This document shows, in pieces, positions 1 to 9,767 of a stretch of DNA of 33,133 nucleotides. The stretch covers positions 1 to 33,133 of the forward strand of contig CANHHI010000003.1 of NCBI GenBank assembly GCA_947460225.1. Reading direction: 5' to 3'. Numbering within the stretch: position 1 is the stretch's first letter; every line of letters begins with the position of its first letter. This stretch comes from Flavobacteriales bacterium (GTDB lineage: Bacteria > Bacteroidota > Bacteroidia > Flavobacteriales_D > CANHHI01). A model generated the notes under the pieces. The model was not told the origin of the DNA. It saw only the letters and a program-made list of their open reading frames with translations, and ran no database searches. A program made the position numbers and the translations under genes.

Positions 1-67
1 GAGGGATTCGAACCCCCGACCCTCTGCTTGTAAGGCAGATGCTCTAAACCAGCTGAGCTAGTTTCCC
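1..67 (-). tRNA. tRNA-Val(TAC), 3' end cut by window edge
   Basis: Reverse complement GGGAAAC TAGCTCAGCTGGTTTAGAGC A TCTGC CTTACAA GCAGA GGGTC GGGGG TTCGAAT CCCTC: D-arm, anticodon loop CT-TAC-AA, T-loop TTCGAAT. Confidence 0.96.
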
Positions 68-81
68 TTGATTTACGGGTA

Positions 82-111
82 CAAATTTACAAACTTTTTT
101 TTAGATAGCAA
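82..111 (-). promoter_or_regulatory. Bacteroidota sigmaA promoter for tRNA-Val
   Basis: Minus strand TTG (111-109), N19, TAAATTTG (89-82). Confidence 0.7.
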
Positions 112-130
112 GTTTTTTCGCATTTTTTTT

Positions 131-138
131 TAACTTTG
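131..138 (+). promoter_or_regulatory. -7 box for GT4 gene
   Basis: TAACTTTG 17 nt before ATG at 156. Confidence 0.6.
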
Positions 139-155
139 AGTAAAAGTTTTTTACT

Positions 156-1301
156 ATGAAAGTTATTGGCATACACCACGAAGGCTACCCAACCCTGCGC
201 AATATTGCACAGTTGCCTTTTACACATTACAAGGTTAAGCGGGTTTACGACATGTTTACCTTGCCCAGGTATTTGAGTTTTAAACTTGGAGAAACGCCCG
301 ATTGGCTTTTGAATATTCATCAAGATTTTGGCATTTCCAATTGTGATATTTTGCATTTTTTCAATACGGTCAGTTTTAGTCCTAAACCTTGGATTACGAC
401 CTTTGAAACCGCTGTGCCTCGCTGGGGAGACCTGCCAAAACACATACAAGAACTAGGCGTAAAGCAATTGCAAGGAGAACATTGCCGGCAAATTATTGCG
501 CTCTCCGAATCCGCAAAACAGATACAAACAAAATTGCTAAAAACGCATTTTCCCGCATGTGCCGATGAAATTTTGGCAAAACTATGTGTGATGCACCCGC
601 CACAAAAATTAGGTTTGCAAAGCATTGCGGAAAAGCATGCTTTTGAAGAACTTTCTTTTATTTTTGTGGGGGCAGATTTTTTTAGAAAAGGCGGTAAAGC
701 CATGCTGGAAGCCTTTGCGGAATTTTGGGCACAAGGCTTTAATGCCCACTTATATGTCGTGTCTAGTTTAAAAGCTGGAGACTATGCCACGCACGCCACA
801 CAAGAAGACGTGCTGTGGGTGGAAAAGTTTTTGAAAACCCATCAAGGCAAAATTTTTCATTTTCACACGCTACCCAATAGCGATGTTTTGGCACTATTGC
901 AAAGATGCCACGTAGCCATATTGCCTTCTTTTGCAGATACTTACGGCTATTTTGTTCTGGAAGCCCAAGCCAATGCTTGTCCGGTTATCACAACAGATAT
1001 TAGAGCCTTTCCAGAAATCAACAATCAAGAAACTGGCTGGGTGCTACATGTAGAAAAAGATGAATTTGGCAATGCCAAAATGGACACGCCTGAACGCTGC
1101 ATAGCACAACAAGAAAATTTGCGTGTACAAATACTTGCCACCATTCAAAACATTGTGCAAAATCCCATATCTATCCAAGCAAAAGCTGAACAATCCCTTT
1201 TGCGCATAAAAAAAGAACACTGCCCAGTGATTCGTGCCAGAGAACTGGAACAACTCTATGACAGTGTTCTATTACATGTTGTTGCACCAGCAACGTATTA
1301 G
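156..1301 (+). CDS. Glycosyltransferase family 4 (GT-B fold)
   Basis: [13 protein letters not shown] and [27 protein letters not shown] (E/Dx7E nucleotide-sugar motif). Confidence 0.9.
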   Translation: MKVIGIHHEGYPTLRNIAQLPFTHYKVKRVYDMFTLPRYLSFKLGETPDWLLNIHQDFGISNCDILHFFNTVSFSPKPWITTFETAVPRWGDLPKHIQELGVKQLQGEHCRQIIALSESAKQIQTKLLKTHFPACADEILAKLCVMHPPQKLGLQSIAEKHAFEELSFIFVGADFFRKGGKAMLEAFAEFWAQGFNAHLYVVSSLKAGDYATHATQEDVLWVEKFLKTHQGKIFHFHTLPNSDVLALLQRCHVAILPSFADTYGYFVLEAQANACPVITTDIRAFPEINNQETGWVLHVEKDEFGNAKMDTPERCIAQQENLRVQILATIQNIVQNPISIQAKAEQSLLRIKKEHCPVIRARELEQLYDSVLLHVVAPATY

Positions 1302-1717
1302 ATAATTTCGTATTGCGAAAAATGGAAACCGCACTCTATATGTGCATTTTCATCGCTATCCGAACCATGCACCGCATTTTCAGCTATGGAGTCCGCATAT
1401 TTTCTGCGAATTGTTCCCTCTTCTGCTTTGCTTGGATCTGTTGCGCCTATCAAGGTTCTGAAATCAGCCACAGCATTTGATTTTTCAAGCATCGCCACCA
1501 CAATAGGTCCCGAAATCATAAAAGAAACCAATTCCCCAAAAAAAGGACGTTCTTTATGCACTGCATAAAAGCCTTCTGCTTGTTTTTGTGTCAAATGAAC
1601 ATATTTCATCGCACGGATTTTGAAACCCGCTTGAATGATGTCGTTTAAAATCGCCCCTGTTGTGCCTTTGCGCACGGCATCGGGCTTAATCATGGTAAAA
1701 GTAATATTTCCTGTCAT
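1298..1717 (-). CDS. ndk: Nucleoside diphosphate kinase
   Basis: [25 protein letters not shown]; start moved to ATG at 1717 (MTGNITF). Confidence 0.97.
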   Translation of the reverse strand: MTGNITFTMIKPDAVRKGTTGAILNDIIQAGFKIRAMKYVHLTQKQAEGFYAVHKERPFFGELVSFMISGPIVVAMLEKSNAVADFRTLIGATDPSKAEEGTIRRKYADSIAENAVHGSDSDENAHIECGFHFSQYEII

Positions 1718-1726
1718 AGCTTTATG

Positions 1727-1754
1727 AAAAAAACCGCACTCCAAAAAGTGCGGT
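1727..1754 (-). terminator. Intrinsic terminator after rplT
   Basis: Minus strand ACCGCACT-tttgg(t)-AGTGCGGT hairpin followed by a T run. Confidence 0.75.
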
Positions 1755-1760
1755 AATTAT

Positions 1761-2105
1761 TTATTTTACGCTTTCCACAACAGCTGTAAATGCTGCTGGG
1801 TGGTTCATCGCCAAGTCTGCTAGCACCTTTCTGTTGAGCATAACGCCTTTGGCGTGTACTTTACCCATGAATTCGCTATACGACATACCATGTAATCTCG
1901 CTCCTGCGTTAATACGCTGAATCCAAACAGAACGAAAATGTCTTTTCTTCTGTTTCCTGCCGATATACGCATATTTTAATGCTTTATCTACGGCGTTCTT
2001 GGCTACGGTAAACACATTTTTACGTGCTCCGAAATACCCTTTGGCTAGTTTTAAGATTTTTTTCTTTCTAGCTCTACTTGCTACACTGTTTACACTACGA
2101 GGCAT
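1761..2105 (-). CDS. rplT: 50S ribosomal protein L20
   Basis: [26 protein letters not shown]...[11 protein letters not shown]. Confidence 0.98.
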   Translation of the reverse strand: MPRSVNSVASRARKKKILKLAKGYFGARKNVFTVAKNAVDKALKYAYIGRKQKKRHFRSVWIQRINAGARLHGMSYSEFMGKVHAKGVMLNRKVLADLAMNHPAAFTAVVESVK

Positions 2106-2189
2106 AATTTTTAGTTTTTAATTTGATCCTTAGGGGCTGTTTTGCACTTAACCTAAGCATCGGGTTTTAACGTACCTGTTTTTTAATTC

Positions 2190-2384
2190 TTAGATGCAAA
2201 GCATGAACTTCACGTTTGACATGTCGCTAGGGTGAACCAAAGCATTGTGGGTTAAACGCAATTTTTGTTTTTTGCTTTTAGCTCCCAAAAGGTGGCGTTT
2301 GAACGCCTGCTTTCTTTTCACCTTGCCACTTGCCGTTACCTGAAATCTTTTCTTGGCACTGGAATTGGTTTTCATTTTTGGCAT
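2190..2384 (-). CDS. rpmI: 50S ribosomal protein L35
   Basis: [24 protein letters not shown]; located between infC and rplT. Confidence 0.98.
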   Translation of the reverse strand: MPKMKTNSSAKKRFQVTASGKVKRKQAFKRHLLGAKSKKQKLRLTHNALVHPSDMSNVKFMLCI

Positions 2385-2416
2385 AAAATCCTATTATTTA
2401 TGAACGGACTGCAAAG

Positions 2417-2989
2417 TTACTTCTTTTTTTTGTTCGGCGCAATAGTAACGAGTATTTTTTTTCCTTCTTTTCTAAAAGGTGCTTCTGGAACGCCAACTTC
2501 TGCCAAAGATTCAATAAATTTTTTAACCACAGCTTCCCCAATTTCTTGGTGAGCCATTTCCCTGCCCTTAAACATCAAAAGCACCGTAACTTTGTGCCCC
2601 TCTTCTAAAAAAGCCTTGGCATGGGTGAGTTTAAAGCTAAAATCGTGTTCTCCCAAGCGAGGGCTCAACCTAATTTCTTTCAGCAAGGTTTTCACTTGTT
2701 TGGCTTTAATTTCTTTCTGTTTCTTTTTTTGTTCGTATAAAAACCTGCTATAATCTACGATTCTACACACAGGAGGGTCTGCATCAGGAGCAATTTCTAC
2801 AAGGTCTAAGCCCTGCTGTTTCGCAACTGCCAAAGCCTCTTCCAAGGTAAAAACCCTTGCAGCTTCGCCTTCCAATGTAATGCGAACATGAGGCGCACGA
2901 ATGTACTCATTGATTCTATGTTCTGCTTCTTTTCTAGGCGCTCCCCTTCTAAAATGAGGACGAGACGGTGTTGTTTTTTTCTTTATCAA
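2417..2989 (-). CDS. infC: Translation initiation factor IF-3 (non-AUG start, exact codon uncertain)
   Basis: RINEYIRAPHVR, GLDLVEIAPDADPPVCRIVDY, FKGRE; no in-frame ATG at the 5' end. Confidence 0.96.
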   Translation of the reverse strand: MIKKKTTPSRPHFRRGAPRKEAEHRINEYIRAPHVRITLEGEAARVFTLEEALAVAKQQGLDLVEIAPDADPPVCRIVDYSRFLYEQKKKQKEIKAKQVKTLLKEIRLSPRLGEHDFSFKLTHAKAFLEEGHKVTVLLMFKGREMAHQEIGEAVVKKFIESLAEVGVPEAPFRKEGKKILVTIAPNKKKK

Positions 2990-3050
2990 TGGATTTATGG
3001 TTTGAATTTGAGTACAAAGGAAATAATTTTTTTTAATTCAGCAAGCAAAA

Positions 3051-4841
3051 TTATTGATTTAATTTCAACACAGCTAAAAATGCGTTCTGAGGAATTTCTA
3101 CGCTACCCACTTGGCGCATGCGTTTCTTGCCTTCTTTTTGTTTTTCTAAAAGTTTTCTTTTACGTGAAATATCTCCCCCATAACATTTTGCCGTTACATC
3201 TTTTCTTAAAGCCCTTATGGTTTCCCGAGCAATAACTTTCGCCCCAATAGTGGCTTGTATGGGTATTTCAAACTGATGGCGTGGAATAAGCTCTTTGAGC
3301 TTTTCGCAAAGTTTTTTGCCCAAGTCGTATGCATTGTCTTTGTGTATCAAAGCTGAAAGCGCATCAACAGGCTCGGAATTGAGCAGAATATCCATTTTTA
3401 CAAGCTCGGAACGGCGCATGCCGATTGGCGCATAATCAAAAGACGCATAGCCACGAGACACCGTTTTTAATCGGTCGTAAAAATCAAAGACAATTTCACT
3501 CAAAGGCATTTCAAAAACAAGCTCCACACGCTCTGGAGTGAGATAATTTTGGCTTTTTAAAAAACCTCGTTTTTCTATGCACAAAGTAATAATTGCGCCA
3601 ATATATTCAGATTTGGTAATGATTTGCGCACTAATAAAAGGCTCCTCCACGTGGCTCAACAAATTTGGCGGTGGCAAATCCGAAGGATTATTGATAACCA
3701 ATTGTTCGCCTTTTGGGGTATAAGCAAAATAAGACACGTTGGGCAGGGTCATGATCACGTTCATATCGTATTCACGCTCCAAGCGTTCCTGAACGATTTC
3801 CATGTGCAACATACCCAAAAAGCCACAACGAAACCCAAAGCCCAAAGCCGCTGAACTTTCTGGCTCAAACACCAAAGATGCATCGTTGAGTTTGAGTTTT
3901 TCCATAGCTGTTCGGAGCTCTTCGTAATCATCTGTTTCTACGGGATAAATCCCTGCAAACACCATGGGTTTTACCTCTTCAAATCCATGCACGGCTTCCA
4001 AGCACGGTTGATTAAAATGGGTGATGGTATCCCCCACTTTTACCTCGCTGGCTACTTTAATGCCCGAAATAATATAGCCTACATCGCCCGCCCGCACTTC
4101 TTGTTTGGGTTCTAAACTTAGGCGCAAAATGCCTACTTCATCGGCGGTGTATTCTTTTTGTGTGCTGAAAAATTTAACCTTGTCGCCTTTTTTTAAAGTG
4201 CCATTGAGCACACGGTAATAGGCAATAATTCCCCTAAACGAATTGAATACGGAATCAAAAATCATGGCTTGCAAAGGCGCATTAACATCGCCCTTGGGTG
4301 CAGGCACACGTGTTACAATGGCTTGCAAGATTTCATCAATGCCTAAACCTGTTTTGCCAGAAGAGTGAATAATATCTTCTCTTTTACAACCCAGCAAATC
4401 TACCATTTCATCTTTTACTTCTTCTACCATGGCACTTGGCAAATCCACTTTGTTGAGCACAGGGATAATGGTCAAGTTTTGTTCCATAGCCAGGTATAAA
4501 TTGGAAATGGTTTGCGCTTCTATGCCTTGTGCGGCATCCACCAAAAGCAAAGCACCTTCGCAAGCGGCAATAGAACGGGAAACTTCATAAGAAAAATCAA
4601 CGTGTCCTGGTGTGTCAATCAAATTCAACACATAATCCTCGCCGTTGAGTTTTAAGTTCATTTGTATGGCATGACTTTTAATGGTAATCCCTCTTTCACG
4701 TTCCAAGTCCATATCGTCCAAAGTCTGGGCTTTGAGTTCTCGGTCGGTGATGGTTTTGGTGGTTTGCAAAAGCCTATCCGCCAAAGTTGATTTTCCGTGG
4801 TCTATATGCGCTATGATGCAAAAGTTGCGTATATTTTTCAT
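3051..4841 (-). CDS. lepA: Elongation factor 4 (LepA)
   Basis: [63 protein letters not shown]. Confidence 0.99.
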   Translation of the reverse strand: MKNIRNFCIIAHIDHGKSTLADRLLQTTKTITDRELKAQTLDDMDLERERGITIKSHAIQMNLKLNGEDYVLNLIDTPGHVDFSYEVSRSIAACEGALLLVDAAQGIEAQTISNLYLAMEQNLTIIPVLNKVDLPSAMVEEVKDEMVDLLGCKREDIIHSSGKTGLGIDEILQAIVTRVPAPKGDVNAPLQAMIFDSVFNSFRGIIAYYRVLNGTLKKGDKVKFFSTQKEYTADEVGILRLSLEPKQEVRAGDVGYIISGIKVASEVKVGDTITHFNQPCLEAVHGFEEVKPMVFAGIYPVETDDYEELRTAMEKLKLNDASLVFEPESSAALGFGFRCGFLGMLHMEIVQERLEREYDMNVIMTLPNVSYFAYTPKGEQLVINNPSDLPPPNLLSHVEEPFISAQIITKSEYIGAIITLCIEKRGFLKSQNYLTPERVELVFEMPLSEIVFDFYDRLKTVSRGYASFDYAPIGMRRSELVKMDILLNSEPVDALSALIHKDNAYDLGKKLCEKLKELIPRHQFEIPIQATIGAKVIARETIRALRKDVTAKCYGGDISRKRKLLEKQKEGKKRMRQVGSVEIPQNAFLAVLKLNQ

Positions 4842-6292
4842 AATGAAGTGCCAAAAATTTGCGTTTGAACCGTTTGTGCGACATGCAATAATTTTTCATC
4901 GTCAAAAGGTTTTGCCATAAGCTGAAAAGATGTAGGCAAACCGTTATCGTGCTTGCCCATCGGTATAGCAATGGCTGGCAACCCCGATAAATTTGCATGC
5001 ACGGTAAAAATATCTTCTAAATACAAAACCGTTGGATCTTGGTTTTTCTTTTCCCCTAAACCAAAAGCGGTGCCAGGCGTGGTGGGCGTGGCAATAAAAT
5101 CATAATTTTTAAATATTTTTAATGTGTCTTCTGTAATTAGCCTTCTGACTTGTTGGGCTTGAATGAAAAAACTTTCGTAATTGTCATGGGAAAGCACGAA
5201 AGTACCCAGCATAATGCGTCTTTTTACTTCATCGCCAAAACCCTCCGTGCGAGAATTTACATAAACTTCTTCCAAGGTTTTGGCATTTTCTGAACGATGT
5301 CCATAATGAACGCCTGTATATCTGGATAAGTTTGAAGAGGCTTCGGCAGTGGTTAAAATATAATAGGTAGGCACCATGTAGTCTAAATAAGCAAAATCAA
5401 CAGATTCAACAGTCGCCCCTTCTTGCACAAGGCGGTTTAAAGTCTCTTGAAATTGTTTTTTGATATGGCTATCCAAAGCTGGATTTTCCACATATTCTTT
5501 AATATACGCAATGCGCTTGCCTTGCAAAGAGCCTTTTTCCATAGAAGGATTTACCGCATGCGCTATCTGCGACATGGAAGCATCGTGCTGGTCCAAGCCA
5601 GCCATAATGCTTGTCAATAAAGTTGCATCTTGCACGCTTTTGGTTACCAAACCAATTTGGTCAAAAGACGAAGCATAAGCAATCAAGCCCCAACGAGAAA
5701 ACAAGCCATAAGTAGGTTTGTAGCCCGTAATGCCACAAAAAGCGGCTGGTTGCCTCACAGAACCACCCGTATCAGAACCCAGCGAGGCAAAGCAAAGGTT
5801 TGCTGCCACTGCTGCCGAAGAACCGCCCGAAGAACCGCCCGGCACTTTGCTTTCGTCTAAGGGATTTTTAACCACCCCAAAAGCAGAGTATTCGTTAGAA
5901 CCACCCATAGCAAACTCATCGCAGTTCAAACGACCAATCACAATGGCATCTTCTGCGAGCAAACGCTCCAAAACGGTTGCGGTGTAAAGGGGTTCAAATT
6001 TTTCAAGCATTTTGGAAGATGCGCTCGCCACATGCCCTTGATAACAAATATTATCTTTAATAGCAATGACCATACCAGCTAGTTTTCCTGCTGTGCCTTG
6101 CTGTATTTTATGCTGTATATCGTCGGCTTTTTGTAGGGCTTCATCGGCAAAAACTGCCAAAAAAGCGTTAAGCGATTGCCGTTTTTGAATTTCAAGTAAA
6201 TATTCGCCCACCAAATCTCGCAAAGCTAAAACACCTTTGTCTAAATCATTGCGGAGCGTTTGGTAGTTTTTGTAATGCTCTATGTAACGCAT
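4838..6292 (-). CDS. gatA: Asp-tRNA(Asn)/Glu-tRNA(Gln) amidotransferase subunit A
   Basis: Amidase signature [26 protein letters not shown]; [18 protein letters not shown]; ATGA overlap with lepA. Confidence 0.96.
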   Translation of the reverse strand: MRYIEHYKNYQTLRNDLDKGVLALRDLVGEYLLEIQKRQSLNAFLAVFADEALQKADDIQHKIQQGTAGKLAGMVIAIKDNICYQGHVASASSKMLEKFEPLYTATVLERLLAEDAIVIGRLNCDEFAMGGSNEYSAFGVVKNPLDESKVPGGSSGGSSAAVAANLCFASLGSDTGGSVRQPAAFCGITGYKPTYGLFSRWGLIAYASSFDQIGLVTKSVQDATLLTSIMAGLDQHDASMSQIAHAVNPSMEKGSLQGKRIAYIKEYVENPALDSHIKKQFQETLNRLVQEGATVESVDFAYLDYMVPTYYILTTAEASSNLSRYTGVHYGHRSENAKTLEEVYVNSRTEGFGDEVKRRIMLGTFVLSHDNYESFFIQAQQVRRLITEDTLKIFKNYDFIATPTTPGTAFGLGEKKNQDPTVLYLEDIFTVHANLSGLPAIAIPMGKHDNGLPTSFQLMAKPFDDEKLLHVAQTVQTQIFGTSL

Positions 6293-6301
6293 AATATGGT
6301 T

Positions 6302-6487
6302 TTACTGCTTATTTTTTTCGTCTTTGTTTTCTTCCTCTTTGCCAGACATTATATCCTTAAAATCTTTAATGCCATTAGCTAAGCCTTTCATCAGTTCGGG
6401 AATTTTTTTTCCGCCAAACATAAAAAGAACAACGGCAATGATTAAGACAACCTGCCAAGGTCCCAAAGTTCCTAATATAACTTGCAT
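6302..6487 (-). CDS. tatA: Twin-arginine translocase TatA/TatE subunit
   Basis: LGPWQVVLIIAVVLFMFGGKKIPELMKGL; start placed at ATG 6487, downstream of the promoter box. Confidence 0.93.
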   Translation of the reverse strand: MQVILGTLGPWQVVLIIAVVLFMFGGKKIPELMKGLANGIKDFKDIMSGKEEENKDEKNKQ

Positions 6488-6514
6488 AACTGAATAATTT
6501 CTTATTTGAATGGA

Positions 6515-6546
6515 CAAAATTACATTTTTTTTTTCAAAAGTCCAAA
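6515..6546 (-). promoter_or_regulatory. Promoter for tatA-gatA-lepA
   Basis: Minus strand TTTG, N20, TAATTTTG. Confidence 0.65.
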
Positions 6547-6557
6547 GATGTCGGTTT

Positions 6558-7505
6558 TTAGGGTTTTTCTACCAAATCCATTTTACAAACAGGGCAGGTT
6601 CTAAAAACAGCATAGCGTTTTTTTCCTTCGCAATACATGGGACAAAAGAATTTTGGTGCTGTATAAGTTGCTTGCACCTGAAAATCTGCCGTGTAAAAAA
6701 CATCATCATGCAAAAATTGTAGCCATAATTTATAATTGGCGTTTTTCAAAAAAGGCGTTTCAAAAGCAATTTGATGGGCAGCGGGCAGAGGCTCCTGTAT
6801 CCAAAAGTCTTGCATGTCCTCAGATACCGCAATTAAAATGGCTTTACTTCCTAGGTAATCATCTAAATGCTGGGCATGTAAGGTATCTGCCAAGTGCGTA
6901 AAAGAAAAATGCAAAGAAAAAGGATTAGCACTAGAATCCGCTTGATACTGAGGCATCATATTTACTTGCACATCGCCTATGGACAAATTATTGTTAAACT
7001 GCCAATTGGTTTTCTTAGAGTTTGATTGTTTTTCTCCCAAAACAGCATGCACCCATTCTGTTTTTTCAGCAGACCTTGAAAAATACAGAAAAACATGATG
7101 ATTATTCAAGTTTTCTATTTTTTTAGAAAAATGTACAACATATCTATCATTGGCATCTTTTTCTGGGTGCAAGTATTCAAAATAAGAAAAGTCTGTACTG
7201 GTAAGCACTACATGAGCTGCATGTTCGTGTATTTTTTGCAAAGAGATGGGTTTTTCGCCAGCAAACAATTGCAAATACAAACCCGTAGTATCTTTTTCAT
7301 GAATTTCAAAAGCCAATTCCAAGCGTGGAGGATCCATTTGAGGCTCTATTTTTTTTAAAGACAGTCCGCAAATATTGCAAACACCAATGCTTGATGATTG
7401 AACCTCTGGGTGTAATTTGCATTGATATATTTCTTGCTCTTGTTTGCTAGGCATAACACAAGCATGTAAACCTATCAAGAACAAGAAAAGTACTTTTTTA
7501 AACAT
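6558..7505 (-). CDS. Lipoprotein with two heavy-metal-binding (CPMHP...CPxCGMxL-like) motifs
   Basis: Lipobox-like LHAC; N-terminal YQCKLHPEV...GVCNICGLSL and C-terminal FCPMYCEG...TCPVCKMDL. Confidence 0.75.
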   Translation of the reverse strand: MFKKVLFLFLIGLHACVMPSKQEQEIYQCKLHPEVQSSSIGVCNICGLSLKKIEPQMDPPRLELAFEIHEKDTTGLYLQLFAGEKPISLQKIHEHAAHVVLTSTDFSYFEYLHPEKDANDRYVVHFSKKIENLNNHHVFLYFSRSAEKTEWVHAVLGEKQSNSKKTNWQFNNNLSIGDVQVNMMPQYQADSSANPFSLHFSFTHLADTLHAQHLDDYLGSKAILIAVSEDMQDFWIQEPLPAAHQIAFETPFLKNANYKLWLQFLHDDVFYTADFQVQATYTAPKFFCPMYCEGKKRYAVFRTCPVCKMDLVEKP

Positions 7506-7524
7506 ATTGGCACGTATTTTTGAG

Positions 7525-7590
7525 CAAAGATAAGGATAAAAATATTTTTTACGAAATAAAAAGAAATCATTGAAAATTTACGTATATTTG
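7525..7590. promoter_or_regulatory. Divergent -7 boxes
   Basis: TATCTTTG on minus (7532-7525) and TATATTTG on plus (7583-7590). Confidence 0.6.
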
Positions 7591-7615
7591 CCCCAAATTA
7601 TGTCATAATTATATC

Positions 7616-8533
7616 ATGGAACATAGAGAAAATAAACCATCTAAGGAAAAAAAGATGCTTGTCTTTGTGGTTATTTTGGTGCTTGCCAATTTAATTACGT
7701 TTTTCTTTTTTATGCGCAACAACGCTAAAATGGAACAACTTCAAGTAGAAAGAGAAATGCTTTTAACTGAACAAACCACTTTGCGTGCAGATTTAGAAAA
7801 AGCACTCGGCGATTTTGACTTGATGCAAACAGACAATGCGGAATTGCAAGCAAAAATTGCAGAGCAAAAGGCTTTGATTGAGAAACAACTCAAAGAGCTT
7901 GCAAGAAACCAACAAGATTTAAAGTTTTTAAAGTCCCTGAAAGACAAAGTAAAAGCTTACGACCAAATTATTTTGGATTACCGTGCAGAAATCGAGGCGC
8001 TTAGACTTGAAAATGAAAGACTAAATGCAGACAACAAAAATCTTTCCGAGCAAAACGAGGTATTAAAAGAAGAAGGCGAAACTTTGAAAAAAGATAGAGA
8101 TTCTTTGAAAAAAAGAGTTGATGCGGGTTCTACTTTGCAGGCTTATGATTTTAATATCACTGGATTGCGTGTGAAAGAGGGTTCTAGCAAACAGTCGCCT
8201 ACCAATAAAGCACCTAAAGTCAATGCAGTTAAGGCTTGTTTTGTGATTGCGGAAAACAAAATTGCCGAAGCTGGTGAAAGGGACGTATTTATGCGTTTAT
8301 TAGACCCAAGTGGCAATGTGTTAAACCCAAGCGCAGGAAATCCAGAGAAATTCCAAACACAACAAGGTTCTAGTGTGAATTACACGGAAAAAAGACGTGT
8401 GGAATACAGAAATCAAATTTTAGATGTTTGTGTATTTTGGTCGCCTTACGAGCCGATGACAAAAGGCACTTATGTGGTTGAAATCTGGGCAGAAGGCAAA
8501 TTGATTGGCAAAGATGCACTGATTTTAAAATAG
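7616..8533 (+). CDS. Membrane-anchored coiled-coil protein with C-terminal beta-sandwich (hypothetical)
   Basis: One N-terminal TM helix, about 130 aa of heptad-rich coiled coil, Ig-like C-terminus ending GTYVVEIWAEGKLIG. Confidence 0.8.
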   Translation: MEHRENKPSKEKKMLVFVVILVLANLITFFFFMRNNAKMEQLQVEREMLLTEQTTLRADLEKALGDFDLMQTDNAELQAKIAEQKALIEKQLKELARNQQDLKFLKSLKDKVKAYDQIILDYRAEIEALRLENERLNADNKNLSEQNEVLKEEGETLKKDRDSLKKRVDAGSTLQAYDFNITGLRVKEGSSKQSPTNKAPKVNAVKACFVIAENKIAEAGERDVFMRLLDPSGNVLNPSAGNPEKFQTQQGSSVNYTEKRRVEYRNQILDVCVFWSPYEPMTKGTYVVEIWAEGKLIGKDALILK

Positions 8534-8555
8534 TACTTTAACAACATATTCCATT

Positions 8556-8582
8556 TCCCGTTCATTAGAGCGGGATTTTTTT
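8556..8582 (+). terminator. Intrinsic terminator
   Basis: TCCCGTTC-atta-GAGCGGGA followed by T7. Confidence 0.75.
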
Positions 8583-8599
8583 ACACAAAAAATTTTAAC

Positions 8600-9742
8600 A
8601 TGCATACAGAAATAATAGACTATTTGGCACTTGGTTTTTTAAAAGCCAAAGGCATTGACACTTGTACAATAATAAAATGGCTACACCATTTTGAGCACGC
8701 AAACCTTGTTTTAAACGCAAGCGTGGCGGATTTGGCGGAAATTCTCGGCAAAATACCTTTTGTGGCAGACGAAGATTGGCAGCGTAACGTGGCATTGGCA
8801 TATCAAAAAGCCCAAGAAGAGTTCCAGCACATAAAAAACCAAGGCATTCAAGCGGTTTGTTTTGCCGATGCAGATTATCCCTCATTTTTAAAACATTGTC
8901 CTGATGCGCCAATTGTTTTATATTATAAAGGAACATTGGCGACGTTAAACGAAAGAGCCAATATTTCTATTGTAGGCACCCGCAAAGCCAGTCATTACGG
9001 CATCAAACAAACCGAAAACATAGTGCAAGCCTTATCTGCATACAAAGTCAATATTATCAGTGGCTTGGCACAAGGCATAGACCAACATGCGCATTTGTGC
9101 GCCTTAGAAGCAGAATTGCCCACTTTTGGCGTGTTAGGGCATGGTTTACAGCAAATACACCCCGTTTCCAGCCGAGAAATTGCGCAAAAAATGCAAAAGC
9201 AAGGTGCGGTTTTAACGGAATTTCCTTGGGGATTTCCAGCTTCCAAGTATTCTTTTCCCCTTAGAAACAGGATTGTGGCGGGTATTTCTGAAGCAACAAT
9301 ACTTATAGAGAGTGCCATAGACGGCGGAGGCATGATTACCGCTCGCTTATCTAGCGAATACAACCGAGAAACTTTTGCACTGCCTGCCCGTTTGGACGAT
9401 GAACTTTCGCAAGGCTGTTTGGCGCTTATTGCACAAAATAAAGCCAGATGCTTTACACGCATAGAAGAAGTATTGGAAAGTTTAGGAATTGCAAAAAATG
9501 CGCAAGAAAAAGTTAAAAAATCACAAGAAACTGTAAAAATTCCTGAAAAAATTAACAAATTATATCCTCAAGAACAACAAGCCATTATCAATCTTTTGCA
9601 GGAAAAAGAAAAACTGCATATTGAAGAATTGAGTGAAAGAGCGGGTTTTGATTTTTCTGACCTAGCCACTATACTTTTTGAGTTGGAAATAGAAAATGTC
9701 ATAGAAAGTTTACCAGGCAAATATTATCAAGTGAAAAAATGA
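8600..9742 (+). CDS. dprA: DNA-processing protein DprA
   Basis: DYPSFLKHCPDAPIVLYYKG, SIVGTRKAS, ISGLAQGID, FPLRNRIVAG, C-terminal winged helix LFELEIEN...LPG. Confidence 0.96.
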   Translation: MHTEIIDYLALGFLKAKGIDTCTIIKWLHHFEHANLVLNASVADLAEILGKIPFVADEDWQRNVALAYQKAQEEFQHIKNQGIQAVCFADADYPSFLKHCPDAPIVLYYKGTLATLNERANISIVGTRKASHYGIKQTENIVQALSAYKVNIISGLAQGIDQHAHLCALEAELPTFGVLGHGLQQIHPVSSREIAQKMQKQGAVLTEFPWGFPASKYSFPLRNRIVAGISEATILIESAIDGGGMITARLSSEYNRETFALPARLDDELSQGCLALIAQNKARCFTRIEEVLESLGIAKNAQEKVKKSQETVKIPEKINKLYPQEQQAIINLLQEKEKLHIEELSERAGFDFSDLATILFELEIENVIESLPGKYYQVKK

Positions 9743-9743
9743 T

Positions 9744-9751
9744 TATCTTTG
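9744..9751 (+). promoter_or_regulatory. -7 box for guaC
   Basis: TATCTTTG 16 nt before ATG 9768. Confidence 0.6.
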
Positions 9752-9767
9752 CCTTGTATTATAAACC

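Noticed and set aside
1-67. tRNA-Val as an integration site for an island in this window
   Set aside because: Its 3' end points out of the window; no integrase or duplicated tRNA 3' end seen
95-131. Phase-variable poly-T tracts in the GT4 promoter
   Set aside because: T8/T9 runs are no longer than those in housekeeping promoters here (T10 before tatA), so they reflect AT-rich spacers
4838-6292. Missing gatB/gatC as an anomaly
   Set aside because: gat genes are often dispersed in Bacteroidota; absence from a 33-kb window is uninformative
7616-8533. ParA/SMC-like ATPase
   Set aside because: No Walker A motif; only TM, coiled coil and beta domain
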